Below, piece after piece: positions 24,746-37,374 of a stretch of 64,000 nt of DNA. The position numbers and the translations under genes were made by a program. The notes beneath the pieces are model-generated. The model did no database searches and was not told the DNA's origin. It saw only the letters and a list, made by a program, of their open reading frames with translations. Where the stretch lies: contig OZ287706.1 of NCBI GenBank assembly GCA_965649825.1, forward strand, positions 1 through 64,000. The letters are read 5' to 3'. The stretch comes from Penicillus capitatus. Lineage: Eukaryota > Plantae > Chlorophyta. Numbering within the stretch: the stretch's first letter is position 1; each line of letters opens with the position of its first letter.

Positions 24746-26543
24746 ATGGCCACCACTAACGGCATCGGTTCTACGTCACGGTCCCTCGAACTGAGTTCAT
24801 GCGAAGAGTATGGAGGTGCACCCCTACTCTGCAACCCCATGCTCAACCGAGGTACCGCGTTCACCTCGGACGGTCGCCGCGGCAAAAATATCGAAGGACT
24901 TCTTCCGACACGGGTTGAGTCCATGGACGTGCAAGTGAAGCGCGTTATGTGGCAACTGAATGACCTGGAACGACCTATCGACAAATACACCCTTCTCTTA
25001 AAACTGAGCGGCACGAACCAGCACCTCTTTTACAAGGTGCTCATGGACAACTTGGTGGAACTGTTGCCCATCGTCTATACGCCGACGGTTGGAGAAGGGT
25101 GCACAAAATTCAATAGACTCTTTCATCAGGCGTCCGGAATGTACTTTTCAGCATTCCAACATCGAGGTCGATTTCGGGAATTGCTGGATAATTGGCCATC
25201 AAAGGAGGTGGATATCATTGTGGTGACCGACGGTGGTCGTATTCTTGGATTGGGAGATCTGGGGACGAATGGAATGGGCATCTCGATTGGCAAAATCTCG
25301 CTGTATGTGGCCGGAGCCGGATTCAATCCCGAACGTGCCATGCCCGTCTGTCTGGATTGTGGGACAGACAATGAAACCCTGCGCAATGATGAACTGTATC
25401 TTGGCGAGAATCGACCAAGACTGAAAGGGGAAGAGCACATGGAAGTCGTGCGAGAGTTCTGTATGGCAGTCAAGGACAAATGGCCACACTGCCTGGTGCA
25501 GTTCGAAGACTTCCAGACAACGGACGCCTTTACGATTCTGGACCAGCTCAGAGATGAGCTGCTCTGCTTCAATGATGATATTCAGGGAACGGCTGCAGTT
25601 GTGTCTGCTGGGTTCATCAATGGACTTAAAGTTCAAGGAACGAACTTCAAAGATGTCCGCATCGTATTCTATGGAGCGGGCAGTTCAGCTGTGGGCGTGG
25701 CAACCATGTTGGCCTCGCTGATTCAGACAGAGGGCGGTCTGTCGAAGGACGATGCCTTCAAAGCCATTTACTTGGTGGACACACGCGGACTGATCACCAA
25801 TTCGAGAGAGGGCGATCTGCCAGCCCATAAGCAACCGTTTGCTCGGTCAGATCTCATTGGTCTGCTTATCTGTCAACAAAGAGTGAGATTGTCTTTGTGT
25901 GTAGATGGGATGGTACGCCAGACATGACGAGTTTGTTGGATGTCGTGCGGCACGTGAAACCCCATGCATTGTTTGGACTGACAGGCGCTGGTCCGGCCTT
26001 TACGCAAGAGATCGTGGAGGAGATGTGCCGACACACGGAACGGCCGATTATTTTCCCTCTTTCCAATCCGACGTCGCAGGCGGAAATCAGTGCAGAGAAT
26101 GCGTACAACTGGTCTAAAGGCAAGTGCCTGTTTGCAGCCGGATCTCCATTCGGCCAAGTCGAGTATGACGGAATGACTTTCTATCCCGGGCAAGCCAACA
26201 ATGTGTTCATCTTCCCTGGTAAGATTTATGAAATCTCTATCGAATGAGGAGAGAGCACGTGTGTGCAGGTGTTGGTTTCGGAGCAGTCGCTGTCAAATCT
26301 AAGAAAGTAACAGACGAAATGCTGATCACAGCGGCCAGGGCATTGGCCCATTCCGTGAAGCAAGAGTTCCTGGATAGTGGACGTCTCTATCCTGATATCC
26401 AAGATCTCAGGAGCATTTCCATCACCATTGCACGAGAAGTCGCCAAAAAGGCAGTGGGCTCAGGAATTGCCGAAATTATTCCCAAAGTCAGGAACTTCCC
26501 TGCCCATATCATCAGCAGAATCTGGAGCTATGATGAATTATGA
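24746..26543 (+). CDS. ME: Malic enzyme (decarboxylating malate dehydrogenase), no obvious transit peptide
   Basis: PIVYTPTVGEGC, VVTDGGRILGLGDLG, LVQFEDF, CFNDDIQGTAAV, FYGAGSSA, IIFPLSNPT and GQANNVFIFPG. Confidence 0.97.
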
Positions 26544-27173
26544 GCACCCCGTCGACACCTAGCTCCCACGCTTTGCTGCACTGCCCACATCGTCAGCAAG
26601 ATCTGTTAAGAAGACCTACCCCTGCGTCTTTACGATAGGGATAACTGGATTTTATTTTCCATTGATTGATTGCTTGATTAAAACAAGACTATCCACGATC
26701 CATCCATTATTGTTTAGCCCCTCAAGCGTCGTGTGACCATCAGAAAGATGGTCTGGATCGTGTCATGTTGTGGTTTATGTTGACTACTTTTGCAAAATGC
26801 ATCTTCGAAACGAAATTCGGCGGCTTCTCAGGATCAGATTCAGGAATAGAAATCTCTTTCTTTTGACCGAGAGATGGCTTAGATCGGATGGCGCTTTCGG
26901 GTATGGCTCACTGTGTGCAGGCTAGACTATGTCATAGGCATCAGTTAGAGTGCCTTTCGTTCCATTTTGCTTCAAATTTTGAATAGATAACGACATCTAG
27001 GCATTAGACCAGAGAACAGATGGTAGGTACAGTAAGTACCCCATGCAGCAGCAAAGAGTACTGTCCCACCTCGTCCATGCCCATCAGGAATCATACACAC
27101 ATCTCGATTGTTTATTGTTTTCAGTTAAAGAATCCTCACTCCCTTTCCCAACGGAAGACCCATGGTTACTCAC

Positions 27174-27927
27174 TCAGGTGTCGAATCCAGAGTAGAGTCC
27201 AAAATTGCGTCCGATGCGTTTCTCCTCTTGTATGAAATTCTTACCACCACTGGCCTGTCCTGCATTTCTCTTCGCTTTCTCCTACAACGCAGAGATGTCG
27301 TTCATTGAATACCTCACTTACATGATTCATGAAAGCACTTTCTGATTGAAGGTCAGTTTTCTTTGCTTGGCCAGTCGCTTCTGTTCCTGTTTCCGTTCAA
27401 GGCGATGCTTTTCAGCCAACTCCATGCGCTGCACAGCATAGTTGGCAATCTCATCCACCTCTTCATGTGCAGTATGGTGAGTCCTTGCCCTCTCCTACAA
27501 AACACCGACCAATCCTCATATCCGCTAACGTCATCTTGTCGATGGGTGACAGGAGCAACACACCTCTGCTGTCTCTTCCGTTCTCTCTAGTTCCTTTACT
27601 TTATGCTCTTTCCCATCAGACCTGTTGTATGGACAATGATAAGATTGTGAGCGGAGGCAAACAAGAGCGTACACCTACCAGTCTTGGGCGATTCCATCCT
27701 CTTTCTCTTTGGGTTCGGGCACCAACAGAATCGAAGGTCTCTCCTTGTATCCACACTTCTCCAATTGCTCCATCGTGATCGTCGTACACTTTGGCTTCTT
27801 TGGACCTTCCTCTTCCACTTCTTCCTCTCCCGAATCCGAAGAGCTATCCAGTGCATCCACGAACCTCCACGTGTACCGTCGTCATGCAAAGCGAAACGAC
27901 AGAGCATGACCTCTTGCGCGAAGACAT
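27174..27927 (-). CDS. Conserved small green-lineage protein (resembles UPF0690/C1orf52-like proteins)
   Basis: Spliced model MSSRKS|SSDSGEEEVEEEGPKKPK...CGYKERPSILLVPEP...QDW|SDGKE...LTFNQK|EKRKRNAGQASGGKNFIQEEKRIGRNFGLYSGFDT*. The C-terminus matches a plant motif I recall (QKEKRKRDLGQASRGKNYVEEEKR). Confidence 0.7.
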
Positions 27928-27963
27928 CTCGCTCGTCTCAAGTGATGACGATAATGATGAGTA

Positions 27964-29998
27964 ATGGAATGGACAGAGGGGCAGACAGATTGGTGTGTTT
28001 CGTTGCCGCGTAAGATTCGTCATCCTTACTCTGTTATAGGTGTTGCAGCAGAAGACGCAGCATTCTTTCTCATGAAATACGGATTGCAGCATCTCTCGCT
28101 TCTGGATGTCAAGATGTTGCTCCAGGCTCGTGGACAATCCGTCGAAGGCGAAGCGCCGGAGCTGCTTGAGAAACTCGAACAGATGCTTGACGTCACGACG
28201 CCCTTCACGTGGCAACTGCGTCAACTGCCGAGACGAGGACCGACGCCTTATCGCTCAGGCGGCAGTCTCGTCTTCCATGCCGATCGACTCTATCTCTATG
28301 GAGGATTCGACGAGAACTTCCATTTGCACAACGATTTTTGGGGAGGTCGCATCATTGGCGATCAAGTCACACTACTTCTCACTCTTTCCACAATGATAGA
28401 CAGATGGAGATGTTGTGATAGGTCTTCTGGCAGGAGACCAACGCTGGCAGCATCAACTCCGGACCGCAGCTCCGTGATCATTATTCCTTTGTCTGGAAAA
28501 ACGCCATCTTCCTTTATGGCGGTGTCCGTATTGGATTGCAGCGAAATGTCTCAGAACACATGTATTACTTCGACATCGACCAGACACGATGGAAATCGCT
28601 GAGAACCCGACCTGCCGATAGTGACTGGACACGACCTGAGAATCCATCTGTCCAGACCACAACGGTGGCAGTCTTCCATCCGACAGAGGAACGTCTGTAT
28701 GCTTTCGGAGGACAAGTGCAGTATGAGTTAGGTCATCTGGGTCATAGAGGGGCTTACCTAGACATGCAGAGTAAGTGCTCGACGAATTCCCTTAAGATTG
28801 ATGGACAGTTTTGAGGTAGTAATGCCTAGGTGGATGTTGGCATGGCGTACCGTATCCAGAGGGCGGCATCGATTTCAAAGCCGTATGCATTTGGCAGAAT
28901 ACGCTGCATGCGATCGATTCCTCCGCACAGATCCATGTCTTAAAGAAGAACGACGATGGATCCTTCTTCTGGATGACGCCCACTCGATGTAAACACGCAC
29001 ATGGATGTGGAATGATCGAGAGCATTAAACTCTCGGCGTTGCTGGGATCGGTCTGGCTCATCTTCTGGAGTTCGACACCGAGAGGCACTGCCTCTATTCA
29101 GGTCAACATGAGTGATTTCTCAGTTCAGATGGCCAACATCGATCCCATTTCGTCGAGAAGAGAAACAGTAGATGTGCTGTCCTATGCTGTTGTGCACAAT
29201 TCTGTCGTTGTCACCGGCCTCTTGGGATCTTATTTTTCGGCACATCATGGACTGTCGGAATCGGCAACGTTTATTCTGGAAACGTGTCCGGGTGATGTGC
29301 CAGAACCCATTTCTGGCGCACTTCAGTGTATCCAAGGCATCAATGACATGCGAGAGGATCCAACCTATGCTGATTGCCTTATTCGAGTACAGGACGGCAT
29401 CGAATTTCGCGCGCACAAATGCATCTTGGCTGCCCAGTCTGCCTACTTCTCCCGAATGTTTGAATCTGGTTTGTTGCTTTTCATCCGTCTACCTCTCCAT
29501 AGACATCTCACGCAATGACTGGGTCTTAGGCATGGTGGAGTCAGTAGATAATGTGGTGGTTTTGGACGATATAGAAGCATGTGTGATGGAGGTGGTTTTG
29601 GATTTCGCCTACGGTCGTGTCGTCTCTGTCGCACCGGATCAGGCCGTTGCCGTTTTCAAAGCCAGCGATCGCCTCCAGCTGCCGGATCTGACGCGGCTGG
29701 TTGTCGGCATTCTGAAAAATGGCATCCAGTCAGATACCATTGCCGATGTCCTGAACATTGCAGGAAACTACATGAATGAGGAGTTGTGGTCTGCCTGTGT
29801 GACATTCACGCGTTCAAACACGCACCATCTACGACGTATATCTCCCTCGCTATGTCTCTCGCATTTCTTGAGATCCATTGTGTGTTAGCAGAGATCATTG
29901 GCAGTTCTCATTACTTACAGTTCATGAAATCGAATGCAGAACTGGCCCAACGATTTCAGTTGGACATTCTGGAACATCTTCCCATTACCCAGTCTTAG
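27964..29998 (+). CDS. Kelch-repeat + BTB/POZ protein (LZTR1-like CUL3 adaptor architecture)
   Basis: Kelch motifs (LYLYGGFD, IFLYGGV, LYAFGGQ) and BTB (DPTYADCLIRVQDGIEFRAHKCILAAQSAYFSRMFESG...EVVLDFAY). The start codon is uncertain (27964 or 28072). Confidence 0.8.
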
Positions 29999-30112
29999 AC
30001 ACCCGCTCAATTTATTGTCCGTTTCCTTGGTTTAATGTCACATGATCGTGATGGGACAGGCGTCCGTCTATGTGCGTACGCGTGCGTTCGGTCGGGATCG
30101 AGCCTGTCAAAA

Positions 30113-31411
30113 ATGAATGTCGTGCCGATGGAAACAGACGACGATGCGTATCAGCGTCCCCTTGAGCGCTCGCCCACTCGACTGAATACAACATCGTTGC
30201 CTAACCAACTCCTCTACATTGCCAAAGACCGTCTCACCGTGACATATAAAGGCAGTTCTCAGCATCAGAATGATGTTGGAGCTGTACGGTCGGATTGCCC
30301 CGTACCACTCAACCGCAAAGCATACTACTACGAGGTCCATGTGGTGAATGCTGGCGAAAAGGGGACAATCGCGATCGGATTCGCAGCTGGAGACTTCAAA
30401 CTCCAACGCCATCCTGGATGGGAACCCAACAGCTATGGCTACCACGGTGACACAGGTCACAAATTCGCAGGAAGTCCCAATGGATCGGAATTTGGTCCAT
30501 CATTCGGAACGGGAGACGTCGTGGGTGCCGGCATTCACTTGGAGAAGCAGCAGATTTTTTTCACCAAGAATGGAAAATTCATGAAAGTGGCATTCGAGCA
30601 TGTTCAGGGGGAACTCTACCCCACCATCGGATTGCATTCCCGAGCCGAATGCGTGGAAGTGAATTTTGGACAGAAGCCGTTTCTCTACGATCTCGACGGA
30701 ATGCTGGAGGAAGAGAAGGCAAAGCTCCAGAGTGAGATCAAAGGGGCACACGTCTCATCAGGCACCGTGCATTGCATCGTCCGGCGTTATCTACTGCACT
30801 ATGGCTATGCCGCCACACTCAATGCCTTTGATGAATTCTGTGGCATCGAACCGATGAACGATGATCCCATGTACGAAGTCGAGAAGGCAGGATTAGAGTT
30901 GCGAAAGCAGTTGAGACATGACATCGTGCACGGCAGGATCGATCAAGTGTTAACAGTATTGAAGGATCAGTATCCGAAGCTCATTACTGACATGGCTGCG
31001 GACATTCTCTTTACTCTTTTCTGTCAGAAATTCATCGAACTGGTGCGTTCTGGTCAGATCGAATCGGCTGTGCATTTTGCACAGAAGGAGCTCTATCCTT
31101 ACCGCGTTGCCAGCAGTGAATATGGAGATGCTTTGCATGAGATCATTCCTTTGGTAGCCTATTCCAATCCCGAGGAGTCAAGGCTGAAGCATCTCTTTTC
31201 ACCAGAGAGGCGTGAGTATGTGGCAGATGTCGTGAACAGTGCCATTCTGACGGCGTCGCCGCAGGGATCGATTCCGATCGGCACAATGAATGCACCGATC
31301 TCGTCGATGGAGAAACTGTTAAAGCAGTTGGTGGCCACACACCATCAGTTGCATGAAGAGAATCAGAATCAGGGAGAAGTGTTTGATCTGCGATCACATC
31401 TCTTTCCATAA
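30113..31411 (+). CDS. RANBPM: RanBPM/RANBP9/GID1 homologue (SPRY-LisH-CTLH-CRA), CTLH E3 subunit, intronless
   Basis: YYYEVHVVNAGEKGTIAIGF..HPGWEPNSYGYHGDTG (SPRY), IVRRYLLHYGY (LisH) and CTLH/CRA (LFCQKFIELVR...YSNPEES). An upstream in-frame ATG exists at 30035. Confidence 0.93.
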   Translation: MNVVPMETDDDAYQRPLERSPTRLNTTSLPNQLLYIAKDRLTVTYKGSSQHQNDVGAVRSDCPVPLNRKAYYYEVHVVNAGEKGTIAIGFAAGDFKLQRHPGWEPNSYGYHGDTGHKFAGSPNGSEFGPSFGTGDVVGAGIHLEKQQIFFTKNGKFMKVAFEHVQGELYPTIGLHSRAECVEVNFGQKPFLYDLDGMLEEEKAKLQSEIKGAHVSSGTVHCIVRRYLLHYGYAATLNAFDEFCGIEPMNDDPMYEVEKAGLELRKQLRHDIVHGRIDQVLTVLKDQYPKLITDMAADILFTLFCQKFIELVRSGQIESAVHFAQKELYPYRVASSEYGDALHEIIPLVAYSNPEESRLKHLFSPERREYVADVVNSAILTASPQGSIPIGTMNAPISSMEKLLKQLVATHHQLHEENQNQGEVFDLRSHLFP

Positions 31412-33499
31412 ATGTTGGACAAAGAAGGAAACTAATGGAGAGAATGAAAGGCAATGTTGCAACGAAACGTCTTTTCGTTGCTGCTGCTGCTTCAAACCGA
31501 TGTCTCTTACATGACATCGGACCCGTCAACGCATCGCGCTCGATTCGCTCTTTGCGTTTTATCAGCCGCAGATCATTTCATCCATTCGAGTTGCAGTGAC
31601 TTTGCTTAACGGGAGCAAATTCGGCAGCAGAACGACGGAGTATTTGTGTCAAAGAAAAACGTTGTCCTCGAATGACGACGACGTCCATACACAATGCAGG
31701 ACCAGCGAGAAGGTGTTAGTTACCAAACAGGGGTCCGTCGGTCTCGCGCCTGTTCGATCGTATACCAGGGCTTCTACACAGGTCGCCCTCGCTTGCAGCG
31801 CGGTGATGTGTTCACGCCGTTCGCCAAACGAACCGTGAAGCGGAAGCTGCGTAGTGAAGTGAATGACGTGATCGGTGATGTGTGATGATTGATATCGGGT
31901 GCAGTGTTGTCGGACCACACTGTCAAAAAGTGCAAACGGTCGCACCATTCAGATATGGAGAGGTGGATCGACATTTGGTGGTCATTCAATGTCCCTGTAC
32001 TACAATGCCTTCCTGTGCGTATCCATGCTCAATTTATGCATTCCGTACAATGTTCTACTATCGAGAACAGAAGGGCTTCTCTCAGAACCAATGTACGTGT
32101 GAAAGATGAAGTCATGCGATGTGCCATAATTGGCCACGGAATGAGAAGTCGTGCGTCGGAGCTGAATTAGGTATGATGGTTATGAGCACCTTATTCACTA
32201 AGAGAATATATATAATTCCTCATTTACATGGCGTTTGTATGAACATGTGCCATGTTCCGTCATGGGAGTAGAAAAAACCCAAGAAGTTCGCGCAGCCAAG
32301 TGTGTAAAAACCGCCCGAAAACACTCTTCGAACCAGACCAACATAAGAGCGGGTGGTCTGGACAAGAAAAACTTCCGACTGCCTTCGTGCTTAGATGACT
32401 GCTATATTTTCCTCCCATACCAGGAGTAAGGAATTGTCCCAGCCTCGAGGGGATCTCTCTTCACTGATTTCGTTTGACGACACTAGTTCAACATCGGCTT
32501 TCTCGCCTCGACTCAGTTTCATGTCGGCCATCTCCACCCGCACGCACAAACATCCCTACACGCCTTCTCTCCGACCGTCGGCCGCCTTCTTCGACGTCGG
32601 AGTACCGCTTTCCGCTACGGATTGCCCGCTAACCAGAAGGAAACGGAGTGAGAACTAAAGTCAGCCAAAAAACGCGGTCAGAAAGAATCTGCACCACATC
32701 CCCTTAGGAAGAAGGATCACTTTTACATGTATGTTCGTGTTCGAATCCACAGGGTGGTTGGGAACTTCCCAACTCTAGCAGCTAACGGCAGTGAACTTCA
32801 AATCTTGTTCAAGAACCATCGCCCTATGGTTATTAAGAGGTTGACTCGGAGGCTAGCACTCGACGCAACTGATGGTCGCGAGTAGTAGTGGCTATTAAGC
32901 CACCGAAGTACTCCCCGACGGCTACAAACAACGGTATGGTGGTACATTTTCAACACAGCCCCTAGAAACTTCCCAAACCACAGATATCCTGGCGACATCG
33001 CTTTGAACTTTTTATATTTTCTGCTTGGAAGAACGAACAGATCGTTTACTTTATGATACTGGAAGCCATCGAACGCGTCTGTCATTTGTAAAAGCGCATT
33101 GTTAGTTAGTAGAATACCAGTATGTTTTTTGCACACAAGTATGGCACCTGCAAGTGTGACCAATAGAAACCTCATGAGCTGCTTGGTGTCACCGTTTGTG
33201 TTATGCGCTTTGGTGAATGATTATCCATTAATAGCAACAGTAGTCTTATCCATTTTAAACTCTAAGCATACAAATGGATGATTTGCATCCGTGACAAACA
33301 GCAAGCTGTTCCATCTAAGAAGGTTGCTCTTTGTTGAAGGAGACAAGAATTGTCGACGAAAATCGGGCTGAAGAGAGAGATCTACAGATTAGCTTGAAGA
33401 GCCAAAGACGAAATGCGTCCATGGAGATGCGCCTGTATAGAGGGACAGATCACGAAACCTCGATTCAGGAGCAGCTCCATGGCATTCAAGACGGCAAGA

Positions 33500-34363
33500 C
33501 GGAATCGTTCATCGCTGATTCTCCGTGGGGCATCGGTGTCCAAACGACGCACCAGTGTCGAAGAGATGACCTAGAAGGCACATCCAAACACCGTCTTCTG
33601 TATAGAACAACAGGATGTAGACGTATATCACATACATCTGGTTTTTCATTGAACCAGTAGTGCAGATCGCTCGACAGTTGCTTGAGTTCATGCGATGGAG
33701 AGGACAGAAAGAAGAGATGATCGACCGCGTGCAGAATCGAAGCGAATGCCTGACGGACAGATCCAAAATGGAAGGAGGGACATGATGCATAGAAGACCGA
33801 CTTCCATAACGCCCTTGAATCTTTCCGCATAGACATCTTGTGATTTGTGCGTCAGACGATGAATTTCGTCCACGATGGCGTAGAAGCAGGCGGGTAGAGA
33901 AGACATGATCCTGGCCAAAGTCATGGCTCAGATATAGATGGACCTAAATGACATGAAGGTACACACGAACCTGTAGCAGATTTTCCATCGAGATTCCGAC
34001 GTGTCGATGATGGGAAGCCCTCTGCACATCCTCAATGGCGAGAGAAGAGTGGACGAGATATATGTGTACTTTGAGAATAAACAGGGCGCAGTGCGGTACA
34101 TCTTTGTTGAGTAAAGCTCTTTCCAGACGAAATCCGAGTTAGCCAAACGTCTCAACTGACGGCTCTGTCAGAGAGGAGGGTCAAATGACAAGGCGGCGGC
34201 GTCCCACAGAGATGCTGACTTGATAGGATAACGTGGCCAAGTCGCGTGGTGTGAGCTTTCTGCATGAAAGAGTGATCGCCGTTGAGGGACGGCTCGAATT
34301 CTCGCAAGTCTACCTCATAATGAACAGCAGGATTTCTTCGGGAAGGTCTCCGAAGACCGCCAT
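33500..34363 (-). CDS. F-box protein (3' end approximate)
   Basis: Splicing gives MAVFGDLPEEILLFIMR|KLTPRDLATLSYQ|LRRLANSDFVWKELYSTK, a typical F-box. It is not shown as one ORF in the track. Confidence 0.65.
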
Positions 34364-34776
34364 GACGTGTAGCGCCTCGATGTGGACGTCGCTTTGAATC
34401 GTCGTATTCCATCAAATGAGCCAAAATGGAGTATCCATGGGCAGTCACATCATGTAGATATAGTTTGTGGTGTGAGAAATCTCGCTTTGGTTTGTCTGCA
34501 CGCCTTCAGAAGCATGTACGCACTCTTCTCAATATCTGCTAACGGGTTGGCATTCCCCGTGTACATACAGACGGGAAGAACGATGGCACATGAAATGAAT
34601 GCTCTCCTTAATGGCAGCCACTCTGTTATACATACATGGCACACAGTACACGACCACCTTGTTTCAGCAGCTGTGTGGCGAACATCGACTGTCATGAACA
34701 GTGTTTGTTCGACGTCATTCAGTAGACATCGGTGGGATGAGTCGACGCGCGCAGAGGCTTTAGATGTCGCTGTCCA

Positions 34777-35835
34777 ATGCAGAATTTGTTGTCGGATGAA
34801 AACATCAACTGCGTTGAACGACATAGCGATGCATCCATTGTCGCAGTCGGTACCGCGGATGGCTCGGTAATCCTGCTCGATCCACGTCTGTCGGGACCCC
34901 AAACGCGATGCGCTTTCGACAACGACGTTGAAATCGGCGCCTTGACGTTTCGCCCTGCACATCCACATGCACTGTACATCGCGCGGGCCAAGCAGATCTT
35001 GGAACTGGATACGCGTCGTCTCACACAGTCCACAAATCCCACTCCTGTCTCGAGGTAAGGTGTTCTTCTCTATGAATCCCCTTTCCGAACTCCATCGGTA
35101 TTCTAGCTACCAGATCAGTCATGACGATATTGGTTGTCTCGATTTTGATGAAGAGGGAATATGTATTGCGTCAGCAGATGATCACGGAGATGTTATTGTC
35201 GTGGATGTGACATCTGGAAAGGTTTCCATGCAGTGCACGGCGCATGAGAACATCTGCAGCTGTGTCTGTTTCTCTCCTTGCGCACAGAATGAGCTTTTCA
35301 GCGGCGGACTCGACTGTCACATCAAGAGTTGGGATACGGAACTAGGCGAAATCTTCTGGGAAGAGTCAACACTTTCAGCAGAGAGTCAAGCACAGATGAT
35401 CAATCCACCTATGGTGTTCGACATCACGGTCTCCAACACAAGCCGCTGGCAGGGACTCATGGCAGCTGCCTGCGGAAATGGCGCGATCTACCTCAGGAAC
35501 GAATCGGAAGAGGGATCACACATGTCAGGTGACACCGACAGTGCATCAGTCACTTTTTCAGCAGATTCCTTTTCTGACTGGTAGCCATGTTGGAGAGTGC
35601 GGAAGAGGGACATCGTGCAGCAGCCGCTGCCGTCTGCTTTCTGCAGTCTCATGCCGGACAGAAACTCGTTTCTGGCGGTGCCGACGGCAAAGTCGTGCTG
35701 TGGGATTGGACATCGGCAGATAGACAGATCTCATGGACACGGACAGTGCCTTGCAAAATAAATGCTCTCTCTGACGACGCCGAGAGTCTCTTTGTGGCAA
35801 CCGTCGCCGGTCTCTATCGCCTTCAATTACACTAG
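34777..35835 (+). CDS. WDR53: WD40-repeat protein, WDR53-like
   Basis: VAVGTADGSVILLD, IASADDHGDVIVVD, AHENICSCVCFSP...LFSGGLDCHIKSWD, QMINPPMV and LVSGGADGKVVLWD. Confidence 0.7.
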
Positions 35836-36120
35836 AGAGGCAAAAGACGGTGATCGAGGCCCGCCTGCCTTTTCTTCGAGGGAAGCTGAGTGGTGCCACG
35901 TCGGATAATGTCAGACCACGTCGATCTATATAGGAGCATCGTTGTTGCCGTGTCTCGTATATCGGCAACGATGGCTTTCGCTTTCTCTGCACCTTTCTGT
36001 ATAACACCCGTGTTGTAAGAACGGATCTGACCTCCTCTCTTTATTATCTCGTCCGTGCGGCTGTTTTGTATGGCGACGACTGCCAATCTGCCAGTAGCGC
36101 ATCTCTATCGTGACCAAGCC

Positions 36121-37237
36121 ATGCTCTTCCGCCGCTCATCACACCATCCAGGCATTTCTTTCGTGCCACGTCCAGACGTAAGCTCGGGGTCGACATCTTT
36201 CTCGTCTGTATGTCTCGCATGACAGTCCTATCAAGAATCGGGCGTACGCAGGGAGCATCTACTGAAGAGAAAGGCGTACGGTATTGCACTGGGAGCCCAC
36301 AGAGGTCCTTTTCAAATGAGAGTGACGACAGCCATTGACTGCTGATGTTTGTGCAGGGATGGGAAAGAATATCATCCATGGAACAGATGATGTGACAGCA
36401 CGCCGTGAATGGCGCGAAAACACGATCAAGTCTTTCCTCAAAGCTGCTGAATCTGGTGCTTCCTTTATTGAGTTTGACGTTCAAGTGACGAAAGACGGTG
36501 TGCCAATTGTCTTCCACGACGAAAGCATCACGTATAGTACGCCAGACTACTGCCGTTCTGCTCGTGTCCGTGATTTGACGTTCGAAGAATTCTGCGCCAT
36601 CGGGCAGCATCAAGACCAAGAGTCGCCCGACCATCCTTCGAAACGCACAGCCCTCTTCAGGAATGATGGGACTGGTACAAAAGAGTGGAAGTGTGAGGAC
36701 GAAGACAGATTACCCAGTTTGCAAGACGTCTTTCATCACATGCCAGACTATGTGGATTTCAACATCGAGGTTAAGACGTTCACAGATACCTCTCAAAAAT
36801 CGACGTCGGCTGAAGAGATCGAATTCGTGATCACTGCCATCCTCAATGTCGTGAATCTTTTTACGGAGACTCGCTCTGTTGTCTTCTCCTCCTTCGATCC
36901 AGATGTGGTGCAGAAGCTGAAGTGCATGCAGCCCCATGCAACGATGTTTCTGAGCGAAGGCGATGCTGATGATCACATCGATCCTAGAAGGACCAGCTTC
37001 GCAGCAGCTGTGCAGTGGGCGCACATCAATGGATTGGATGGCATTGTTTTGCACTCGAATGTTCTGCGACAACAGCAAGACGTTGTGAGAGAGGCATCTG
37101 CACTTGGTTTGACTGTGATGACGTATGGGACGGACAACGATGATCACGACTGGGTCGTAACACAGTTTTGTCTGGGAGTCTATGGAGCCATCGTCGACGA
37201 TGTTGCCGGCATCGCCAGAAAACTGTTTGGCTCTTGA
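36121..37237 (+). CDS. GDPD: Glycerophosphodiester phosphodiesterase (plant GDPD1-3/GPCPD1-like catalytic domain)
   Basis: IALGAHR|GMGKN...RENTIKSFLKAAESGASFIEFDVQVTKDGVPIVFHD...FNIEVK...VVFSSFDPD...GAIVDD. Confidence 0.9.
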
Positions 37238-37374
37238 CTGAGATTCTCAATTCCTATAGATCACTGTGCATTTGTCAGTCGGATAGCCTGTTTCGTTCTT
37301 TTGGTGTCGATTTCATTAATATTACGAATAAATCTGTTAGCTCTGCATGAAAAGATAGAAGATGATACGTGTGT

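Noticed and set aside
26700-26760. Short hairpin gaccatc-agaaa-gatggtc downstream of malic enzyme
   Set aside because: A single 7-bp stem is expected by chance.
31430-32660. Short ORFs on both strands, one with a mitochondrial-presequence-like start
   Set aside because: No convincing splice model or homology; left unannotated.
34450-34968. 172-aa minus-strand ORF
   Set aside because: Overlaps the WD40 gene on plus and starts at a non-ATG codon; no motif.
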